DNA of 64,000 bases from Bacteroidota bacterium (lineage in GTDB: Bacteria > Bacteroidota > Ignavibacteria > Ignavibacteriales > Melioribacteraceae): positions 11,875-75,874 of the forward strand of contig JAHISP010000014.1 of NCBI GenBank assembly GCA_018818165.1, given 5' to 3'. A model generated the notes under the pieces. That model worked only from the letters and a program-made list of their open reading frames with translations, made no database searches and was not told the DNA's origin. The position numbers were made by a program, and so were the translations under genes. Shown here piece after piece: positions 55,699 through 64,000 of this stretch. Numbering within the stretch: position 1 is the first letter of the stretch; every line of letters starts with the position of its first letter.

Positions 55699-58611
55699 AT
55701 GATAAAAAACAGAATTCTACATATAGTTTTGCTCGCAGTTTTAATCTTTTCCACAAGTTTTTCACAAATAGAAATTACTCGCAATATTACAATTGATGAT
55801 GGATTGGCTTATTCACAAGTTACTTGCTCCTTTACGGATTCTAAAGGAATTATGTGGCTTGGAACTTCTGCGGGTTTATCCGAGTGGAACAGCGTAAATT
55901 TTAAAAATTATGATAAATCGGACGGACTTCCTTCAACTTTTATCTCTTCAATTTGTAGCGATAATGAAAACAATATTTATGTTGGAACAAGCAAAGGATT
56001 GGTTGTAAAAACTGGAAATAAATTTGTTAATCCAAAAACTTTGCCAAAGGAGTTGCAAACTCAAATAAACAAAGTGTTTTTGAGTAAAAATGGATTATTG
56101 ATAATTTTAACCGAAAATAAAGGAATGTGGGTTAAAAAGGATGATAAATTTTCCAAAATAGAATTAGAAAACAGAAATGAAAAGTTTATACCAATATCTA
56201 TTCTTGAGCGGAACTCGGGCGAAATTTTAATTGGAACAAGAAATAGCGGAATATTTCAATTTTCCAAAAATAAATTGAAACGAAAAATTTTCCACCCAAT
56301 TTATAGAAAATTTAATGTTGTTGATATGATTGATGCCAACGGCGATTCACTTTACATTGCTCTACAGGGTCTGGGTGTTGTTATTAATACTAAAAATGGT
56401 GAACACAAAGGAAACACATACATATCGGTAAAACATGGATTGCCAAGTAAATATATTAACAGCCTTTTACGTGCCGAAAATGGTGATATTTATGTTGCAA
56501 CTTCGGATGGAGTTGCCGTTGTAAGTGGCAAAAAAATTAAGAAAATTATTAATAAATTGCAGGGATTAACAAACGAATTTGTGCTCAAAACGGTTTCACT
56601 CGGCAATAATTCCTTCCTCTTCTTAACCGAAGGAAGCGGAATTTTTATTTATGAACCAGATGCTTTTGTAACATACACAACCCATAGCGGACTAATAAAC
56701 AACAATGTTTGGGCAATTGAAGAACTAAATGACGGTTCATTTTGCTTTTTAACGGATGATGGAATTTCATTTTTGAAGAATGGAAAATTTAATTCACTTA
56801 CAAAAAACAATGGACTTGGAGATAATTTAGCTGTTACAATTCATGAAGACAAAAACAGCAATCTTTTTATTGGAACATACACGGATGGCGTTAATGTTAT
56901 AAAAAATGGCAAAATTTCTCGTTTAAATGAAAAAGTTTTGATGCCGCTAAATGCCGTTTGGTCAATTCATGAAATTGAAAATGGTAAAATGCTTTTTGCA
57001 ACTCACACACAAGGAATTGCAGTTTTTGATGGAAATAAAGTAATTGATACGCTTGGCATTAAAAACGGTTTGCCACATACAAGAATTTCTTCAACTTACA
57101 AAAGAAAAGACGGCACAATTTTAGTCGGCTTGGAAAATAATGGAATTTACAAACTCGAAAATAATCGATTTACCCCGTTTTGCGATTCGATAAAACACTG
57201 TCTCGTTTGGGCAATTTATGAGGATAATAACAAAAACTTATATTTTGGAACAAACGAAGAAGGCTTAATAACTTATTCCGCAAAAGGAATTATTGACACA
57301 ATAAGCACCAAAGATGGAATGTCGGATAATTCAATTGTTGCAATAACTATTGATAACTTTGGAAATATTTACGCAGCAACCGATCACGGATTAAATATTA
57401 TCCAATTTGATAAAAATGGTAATTCCAAAATTAGAAACGTTTTAAGAAAAAATGGATTGGCTAACACAGAGTGTAATCAAAGTGCAATTCATAAAGATAG
57501 CAAAGGCAATATTTGGGTTGGAACAATTGGCGGCGTCACAAAAATAAATCCACAAAAACTTGATGGAGCCGAAGTGCTTCTTCCAATTAACATAACTAAA
57601 ATTAAAGTTATGGAAAATGAAATTACCGATTTCGAAAATTTAATTTTTGAATATGACCAAAATGATATTAGTTTCAACTTTGCTGGAATTAACTACAAAT
57701 ATCCAGGAACAGCAAAATATCGCTACAAATTAAGCAATATTGACGAAGATTGGGTTGAAAATAACCAAAATGAAGTCCGTTATGCAAATCTTCCGGCGGG
57801 CAAATATGAATTTTGGGTAGCCACAAGCAATCAATGGCAAGTTTGGTCAAAACCAACTTCAATTACTTTCGAAATTACACTTCCATTTTGGAAAACTTGG
57901 TGGTTTATTGCAATAATTTCGATTCTTTTGGTAAGCACCATTATTACAATAGTTTACTGGCGATTTACAAGTTTAATTAAATTTGAACGTTTACGAACAA
58001 ACATTTCGGCTGATTTACACGATGAAATTGGTTCTGGATTATCCGAAATTTCAATTTTGATTGAGTTACTAAAGTTTAATCCAAAAAACGAAAAAGAATT
58101 AATAAAAGGATTAGACCACATTGGCGATACAACTCGCTCGCTAATTGAACGTTTGAGCGATATTATTTGGATTGTAAATCCACGAAAAGAGACAATCAAA
58201 AACTTAATACTTAGAATTCAGGATAACTACCAAGAGGTATTTTATCATTCTGATATTTCATTAAATATTATAAACATTGAACTATTGGAAAATATTGTAC
58301 TTCCGCTCGAAATTAAACAGAATATTTATCTAATTACTAAAGAAGCAATTAATAACGCACTAAAACACAGCGGTTGCAACAACATTGATTTTGAAGTGAA
58401 CAAAAAGGAAAACAAACTTTGTATCGAAATTCGTGATAATGGAAAAGGATTTGAAGAAGAAAATTCGCAAAAAGGCAATGGACTTTACAATATAAAAAGA
58501 CGTGCAGAAAAAATAAATGCAGTTGCAACAATAAACAGCTCAAAAGAGTTGGGAACTAAAATTAAAGTTGAAGTATATTTGAAAAAATCAATTAAGGCAA
58601 AAAATGATTAA
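55699..58611 (+). CDS. Sensor histidine kinase with periplasmic beta-propeller / Y_Y_Y repeats and a HisKA_3-type core
   Basis: Signal/TM, then many repeats of the form G(L)...I..I..D..GNIW(V)GT..G. A TM (WWFIAIISILLVSTIITIVYW), H-box SADLHDEIGSGLS, and an HATPase domain (ITKEAINNALKHSG, DNGKGF). Confidence 0.9.
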   Translation: MIKNRILHIVLLAVLIFSTSFSQIEITRNITIDDGLAYSQVTCSFTDSKGIMWLGTSAGLSEWNSVNFKNYDKSDGLPSTFISSICSDNENNIYVGTSKGLVVKTGNKFVNPKTLPKELQTQINKVFLSKNGLLIILTENKGMWVKKDDKFSKIELENRNEKFIPISILERNSGEILIGTRNSGIFQFSKNKLKRKIFHPIYRKFNVVDMIDANGDSLYIALQGLGVVINTKNGEHKGNTYISVKHGLPSKYINSLLRAENGDIYVATSDGVAVVSGKKIKKIINKLQGLTNEFVLKTVSLGNNSFLFLTEGSGIFIYEPDAFVTYTTHSGLINNNVWAIEELNDGSFCFLTDDGISFLKNGKFNSLTKNNGLGDNLAVTIHEDKNSNLFIGTYTDGVNVIKNGKISRLNEKVLMPLNAVWSIHEIENGKMLFATHTQGIAVFDGNKVIDTLGIKNGLPHTRISSTYKRKDGTILVGLENNGIYKLENNRFTPFCDSIKHCLVWAIYEDNNKNLYFGTNEEGLITYSAKGIIDTISTKDGMSDNSIVAITIDNFGNIYAATDHGLNIIQFDKNGNSKIRNVLRKNGLANTECNQSAIHKDSKGNIWVGTIGGVTKINPQKLDGAEVLLPINITKIKVMENEITDFENLIFEYDQNDISFNFAGINYKYPGTAKYRYKLSNIDEDWVENNQNEVRYANLPAGKYEFWVATSNQWQVWSKPTSITFEITLPFWKTWWFIAIISILLVSTIITIVYWRFTSLIKFERLRTNISADLHDEIGSGLSEISILIELLKFNPKNEKELIKGLDHIGDTTRSLIERLSDIIWIVNPRKETIKNLILRIQDNYQEVFYHSDISLNIINIELLENIVLPLEIKQNIYLITKEAINNALKHSGCNNIDFEVNKKENKLCIEIRDNGKGFEEENSQKGNGLYNIKRRAEKINAVATINSSKELGTKIKVEVYLKKSIKAKND

Positions 58612-59239
58612 AGTAATAATTGTTGAAGATAATCCAACATTTCGCGAAGGAATAGCCGCTTTTATTAATGCAACGCCTGGTTTCAGCTGTCCCAAAACAT
58701 TTGAAACCTACGAAGCGTTACTTCGCGATGTTAAAGATATAAATCCAGATGTTTTAATAAGCGATATTAATTTGCCGGGCATGTCTGGAATTGAAGGCGT
58801 AAAATTGGTGAAAAAATTACTTCCGGAGCTAAAAATTGTAATGCTAACTGTTTATGAAGATGACAAAAGAATATTTGATGCAATCCTTTCGGGGGCAACT
58901 GGATATTTGTCAAAAAAAACAACTCCAGCAAAAATTTTAGAAGCAGTTTCGGAAGCTTTTGATGGCGGTTCGCCAATGAATTCCAACATTGCCACAAAAG
59001 TTATAAATTTGCTGCGCGACCAAACCACAAAAACTGGAAATAATGAAATTGAAATATCTTCCAAAGAGAGAATTATTCTCGAAAATCTTGCACTTGGGAA
59101 AAATTACAAATTTATTGCGAATGAACTAAACATAAGTGTTCACACAGTTCGTTATCACATAAAAAATATCTACACAAAACTTCACGCAAGTTCGCAAAGT
59201 GAAGCAATTGCTCAAGCTTACCGAAAAGGAATTTTATAA
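58604..59239 (+). CDS. NarL/FixJ-family response regulator (REC + LuxR HTH)
   Basis: Overlaps the kinase stop. IIVEDNP and LISDINLPGMSG. HTH: NYKFIANELNISVHTVRYHIKNIYTKL. Confidence 0.9.
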   Translation: MIKVIIVEDNPTFREGIAAFINATPGFSCPKTFETYEALLRDVKDINPDVLISDINLPGMSGIEGVKLVKKLLPELKIVMLTVYEDDKRIFDAILSGATGYLSKKTTPAKILEAVSEAFDGGSPMNSNIATKVINLLRDQTTKTGNNEIEISSKERIILENLALGKNYKFIANELNISVHTVRYHIKNIYTKLHASSQSEAIAQAYRKGIL

Positions 59240-59480
59240 GTTCTCTGAAAAGATTACAAATTATATCGTCATGAAATAGGTTGACTACAAAAGAGAAAAT
59301 ATTAACCTATTTCAGAATGATACATCTCCTGTTTTCTGCTTTCATTGAGAGAAATAATTTGCATCAACCAATCCCTGATGGGATTATTAAAATAAATTTT
59401 AATTGCACTATTGTTTATACATTATCTGCAATCTGCTGATAAGCATAAATTTCTAATAACGCATCTTCCTCTCTAATGAA

Positions 59481-59575
59481 AAAAGCCCAACTTTTTTAAA
59501 AGACAAAAAAAAGCCCAACCTTTTTGTAAAATTGGGCTTTTCAGCTTTTGCTTTCATTTGAAAAGTTGGGCTTTT
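59481..59575. other. Nested double hairpin (terminator-like or small structured RNA)
   Basis: Outer arms AAAAGCCCAACTTTT (59481-59495) and AAAAGTTGGGCTTTT (59561-59575) form a perfect 15 bp. Inner arms AAAAGCCCAA (59509-59518) and TTGGGCTTTT (59532-59541) form a perfect 10 bp. Confidence 0.6.
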
Positions 59576-59619
59576 AAGCTTTAGTTGATAAAAATAATTT
59601 GCACAATTCGACTCAAAAT

Positions 59620-59678
59620 ACTATCACAATAGGTAGTATTTTTTCGAAAACCACAAAGAACTATCACAATAGGTAGTA
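59620..59678. promoter_or_regulatory. Two perfect 19-nt direct repeats, candidate regulator-binding sites
   Basis: ACTATCACAATAGGTAGTA at 59620-59638 and at 59660-59678 (40-nt period), 50-110 nt upstream of the receiver-like gene and the GLUG-repeat gene. Confidence 0.5.
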
Positions 59679-59727
59679 GCCCATAATTTTCGTTCATTTT
59701 ATTTTGAGTACCAAAATAAGTGGAATT

Positions 59728-60207
59728 ATGGATTTAATAATAGTTGACCAAAATATAAATTACACAAAATCGTTACGCGAGTTTTGTCTGGAGTTTGCCA
59801 GCTTCAAAAATGTAATTATTTACAGAAATTTGGAGGAATTGCTCGATGCCTACCTTCCTAAAAAAGGAATAATTCTATTTGAATCCAACAAAGAAAATTT
59901 GGAAAATCTTGATAAAATCAAAAACATTGGCTCAAATTTGACTCTTGTTGCATTATCCGATAGTTCAAATTTTGAACAAGAGACCGAGCTAATTTTAAAA
60001 GGAGCATCGTCCATTATTTCAAAGGCGCAGAAACTTGAATCAATACTTCAAGAAATTAAAATGATTGTAAAGGGACAAAGAATTTTGCCTCAAAACGCAT
60101 TCGAGACTTTGCGAATTAGCGAAAAAGCGAAGATAAACTCAATTCAAACACCTATAAAATCTGAAAATACATTTTCAAAATTTTTAAAAAGCATAATAAA
60201 AATATAA
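59728..60207 (+). CDS. Stand-alone receiver-like protein with an atypical acceptor site
   Basis: The ATG at 59728 (MDLIIVDQN) opens a receiver-like layout. Where the phospho-acceptor Asp is expected the sequence reads GIILFESNKE. The conserved S (LVALSD) and K (ISKA) are present, with no output domain. Confidence 0.55.
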   Translation: MDLIIVDQNINYTKSLREFCLEFASFKNVIIYRNLEELLDAYLPKKGIILFESNKENLENLDKIKNIGSNLTLVALSDSSNFEQETELILKGASSIISKAQKLESILQEIKMIVKGQRILPQNAFETLRISEKAKINSIQTPIKSENTFSKFLKSIIKI

Positions 60208-60224
60208 TTATTTGGAGTTAAAAA

Positions 60225-63200
60225 TGAAAAAACAAATGCCGTTATTATACGTCATTCTTTTTGTTGGAATGATTTTAAGCAGTATGCTAATTGCACAAAC
60301 TGCAACAGTACCTGCGGGAACTGGAACAGTTGGCGACCCTTACCAAATTACAAGTGTTAATAACTTGTATTGGATGAGCCAAAATACAAACCTTATTGGA
60401 AAATATTACACACAAATGAACGATATTGATGCTTCTTCAACTACAAATTGGGATGACCCTGTTGGTGGAACAAAAGAAGGTTTTGTGCCAATTGGTACTT
60501 CGAGTGCTCCTTTCCGTGGTTATTTTGACGGGCAAAATTACACAATAAATGGATTGTACATTAATAGAAGTGGCACGAACGCCATTGGTTTATTTGGTTA
60601 CACTAATTCGAGCAGCTATTATATAAAAAATGTTAAACTAACCACAGTCAACATAAAAGGAAATAACTCTGTAGGCGGTATCATAGGAAGCAATGCATAC
60701 ACTCCTATTGAAAATTGTTCGGTCACAGGCGATATATATGGATATGGAAATTCTGTAGGTGGAGTTGCCGGGGAAAATTATAATGCTACAATAACAAGTT
60801 GTTATTCAACTGCTGATGTTACAGGAGTGGAATCAACTGGTGGATTAGTTGGGTTAAATGCTCAAACTTCTGGAAACACAGCACTTATTGAAAAATCATA
60901 CTATGCTGGAGTAACTGTTGATGGAAAAGGAAACTTTGTTGGCGGTTTAGTTGGAAAGAATAATGATGGCACTATCACTGAATGTTTTTCCACTGGTAAT
61001 GTTCTAAGCATTGCAACTTATGTAGCTGGATTAGCAGGTGTAAATAATGGAAGTGATTCACATATCAGCAATAGTTATTCCAAAGTAAGCTTGTATAGAT
61101 ATGGTGGTGGTGCATTAACCACATACTATTATGGTGCATTTGTTGGCAGAAATTATAGCGGAACAATTGAAAATTGTTATTCAACAGGTTCAATTACTTT
61201 TGATGATGGAAATGGAACAACCCCAACAAATGCAGGGTTTGTCGGAGATTCATATAATGGGATAGAAACAAACAACTTTTGGGATAATGATGTTTCCAAC
61301 CAATCAACAGCAACTGGTGCAACAAGCGCAACTACTGCTGAAATGAAAAACTCGGCAACATTTATTTCTGGTGGTTGGGATTTTGTAACTGAAACAACTA
61401 ACGGCTTAAATAATTATTGGGATGATGATGTAACCGAAGCAATAAATGGTGGATATATGCCACTTGCTTGGCAAGCGGGAACAGACGGCATTTTGAACGG
61501 AACACCAAGTGGAACCGGAACAAGCGGTGACCCATATTTAATTGCAACTCTCGATAATTTAATTTGGATTACGCAAAACACAGATAGATGGGAAGAATAT
61601 TTTAAGCAAACAGCAAATATTGATGCTTCTTCAACAGTAACCTTAAATAGTGGGGCTGGGCTTGTGCCAATTGGCAACACAACAACACAATTCACTGGTT
61701 TTTACGACGGACAAAATTATTCTATTTCTAATCTCACAATTAATCGTCCAGCAACACAATATGTTGGTTTGTTCGGTTATACAAGTGGTAGTGCTGAAAT
61801 ATCAGACTTAAATCTACTTGCTGTTTCAATTACTGGCGATGATTATGTTGGCGGTTTGGTTGGTTATGCTTATGGTAATTTAATTACAAATTGTTCAGTT
61901 GCAGGAAGTGTTACAGGAGATGATTATACAGGCGGATTGATAGGGGCAAATTCAGATAATACTGTTACAAATTCATATTCAACAGCAAATGTAACTGGTG
62001 GCGATTATGTTGGTGGCTTAATTGGTTGGGAATTTAGTTCGACCATTCGAGCAAATTATGCAACTGGTAGTGTTTCCTCTTCTTCCAATGATGCAGGCGG
62101 ATTAATTGGATACGCTGAGGCAAGCACAATCTCAAATTGCTATTCAAAAGGTAATGTTACAAGAAGTATAGGAACTTCAACAAATTTTGGTGCTTTTATC
62201 GGGCAGGTAAGTAGTGATGGTGGAGCATCTTCAATTTCTCATTCATATTCTATTGGTTCGGTTTATTATACTGGAACAACTGCTCCAACAGACAAAGGCT
62301 TTGTGGGATATGATAACACCACAGGTGGTGCTAATACTTACACAAACAATTTGTGGGATAATGATGCTTCAAATCAATCAACAGCAACCGGTGCTACAAG
62401 TAAAACAACAGTTGAGATGAAAGACTACAGAACGTACACAACTGCTGGTTGGGATTTTAACTACGAAACAACAAACGGCTCAAATAGTTATTGGGATGAT
62501 GACCAACTTGGAACCGTAAATAGTTTTTACCCAATTCTATATTGGCAAGCCGGTGCAAATGATGAAACTTATGGACAACCAAGTTTGGGTGATGGAACCG
62601 AGGGAAATCCATATCAAATTTCAACTTTGAATAATCTTTATTGGCTTTCGAAAAATACAAGTGTTTGGTCTAAATATTTTGTACAAACACAAACAATTGA
62701 TGCTTCTTCAACATCAACTTGGCATAATGGATTAGGTTTTGAGCCAATTGGACAAGCACCAAAATATTTTGAAGGAAATTGGACTGGAAATTTTGATGAA
62801 GTTTATATAATAAACGCACTTTCAATAAACAGACCAAATGAAAATAATGTGGGCTTTTTTGGTAGAACAAATTATGCAACTATAAAATATTTAGAAATTA
62901 GTCATTCAGATATTTCTGGTTATGAGTATGTTGGGTCTTTAGTTGGAAACGCGGCGGACATGACAAATATTCAATATTGTTTTTCCACCGATGGAACGGT
63001 TAGCGGATATCTTGCAACGGGAGGGTTAATAGGAGCTAATTATCATGTGAATATTTTTAACTCAAAAAATAGTTCAAATGTAACAGGCACTGGGCGTGAA
63101 GCTGGCGGTTTGGTTGGATATTTTGCGGCAGGCTCAACAAGTTATAAAATATCAGAATGTAGTAATACTGGTTCTGTTTCAGGAACTTCCTATGTAGGTG

Positions 63201-64000
63201 GTTTGGCTGGACGAAATGGTGGCTCAGCAATTGAAAAATCTTATTCAACTGGAAATGTTTCTGGAAGTAGTAGCCTTGTTGGAGGTTTTGTTGGAGATAA
63301 CAACTCTGCAATAACCAATTGTTATTCAAAGGGAAATGTTACTCGCGGTTCTGGAGCAACTGACGAAAGATATGGTAGCTTTGCTGGAATAGCTCGTAAT
63401 GGCTCTAATTTTAGTTATTGCTACTCAACAGGAAGTGTAATATATACAGACGCTACAAATCCAACAACCAAAGGCTTTGCAGGTTTAGATGAAGGTGGAA
63501 CTTTTACTGCAAACTTTTTTGATTCTGAAACATCATCGCAATCAACAGGAACAGGAGCAACTGCAAAAACCACTGCTTTAATGAAAACAAATTCAACATT
63601 TGTAGATGCTGGTTGGGATATAAATATTTGGAATATTGATGCAAGCTGGAATAGTGGTTATCCATACTTTGATTGGCAAAATTCTGGTGGAACAGCTTTG
63701 CCCGTTGAATTAACTTCATTTACTGCAAATTTAGTAGATGGAAAAGTTGAATTAAACTGGGAAACAGCAACAGAAGTAAATAATTACGGATTTGACGTAG
63801 AGACGTTGCGTGCAACGTCTGATGAATGGGAAACAATTGGTTTTGTACAAGGCAGTGGAAATAGCAATTCACCAAAAAATTATACTTTTGTTGATGAAAA
63901 TCCATCAACAGATTCAGCAGAATACAGATTGAAACAAATAGATACCGATGGTAATTATTCTTATTACTCAGAAACTGTAAAAGTTGCTGGATTTGGAATA
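60225..64000 (+). CDS. Giant secreted GLUG-motif repeat protein (3' end outside window; missing from the ORF track because it has no stop in the window)
   Basis: My own translation of frame 3 from the ATG at 60225. Signal peptide MKKQMPLLYVILFVGMILSSMLIAQ. Three ~360-400-aa modules, each starting G(D/N)PYxI(T/S)...L.W(I/M/L)(T/S)(Q/K)N and full of VGG(L/I)(V/I)G repeats. The last ~100 aa visible are an Ig/Fn3-like domain (LTSFTANLVDGKVELNWETATEVNNYGFDVE...YRLKQIDTDGNYSYY). All minus-strand track ORFs here are antisense artefacts. Confidence 0.85.

Noticed and set aside
61414-63908. A series of minus-strand ORFs (61414-61695, 62457-62660, 62670-62879, 63057-63329, 63504-63719, 63720-63908) and the plus-strand ORF at 62214-62420.
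   Set aside because: All lie antisense or out of frame within the long GLUG-repeat ORF and have Q/L/H-rich junk composition.

Overview
AT-rich (about one-third GC by eye) chromosomal segment, probably from an FCB-group bacterium (Ignavibacteria/Bacteroidota-like). The taxonomic guess rests on T9SS-type C-terminal sorting domains, a PorV-like barrel and few Shine-Dalgarno sites. Most of the window is ordinary core genome. From left to right: a TonB-dependent receptor tail, a T9SS cargo protein and a PorV-like barrel; peptidase/amidohydrolase/enolase-superfamily genes; a thiol-redox cluster with a sigma54 PAS regulator; a compact type IV pilus-like operon (PilC, PilB, PilT, PilM/N-like, PilO-like, secretin) followed by five two-component proteins; housekeeping genes (sucC, purM, TatD-radical SAM fusion, PBP4, prmA, dGTPase-like, GlmU-like); a propeller-sensor kinase with a NarL-type regulator; and a 3'-truncated giant GLUG-repeat surface protein that the ORF track omits because it runs off the window. 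The one clear accessory region is 34.7-40.3 kb. It is an array of unrelated gene cassettes: a secreted + 200-aa pair, an Mrr-type nuclease, a GC-richer membrane protein, an HSL-family esterase and an inverted HigBA-like toxin-antitoxin pair. The cassettes are separated by copies of a conserved junction element, with two full units of about 0.4 kb that look ~95% identical by eye, plus one 100-nt copy and shorter remnants. Three cassettes are each bracketed by their own 9-11 nt inverted repeat (GTTA.../...TAAC). This matches integron-cassette logic, but the junction units are far longer than known attC sites and no recombinase lies anywhere in the 64 kb. That array is the main candidate for something new. 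No rRNA, tRNA, CRISPR array, transposase or integrase was seen.
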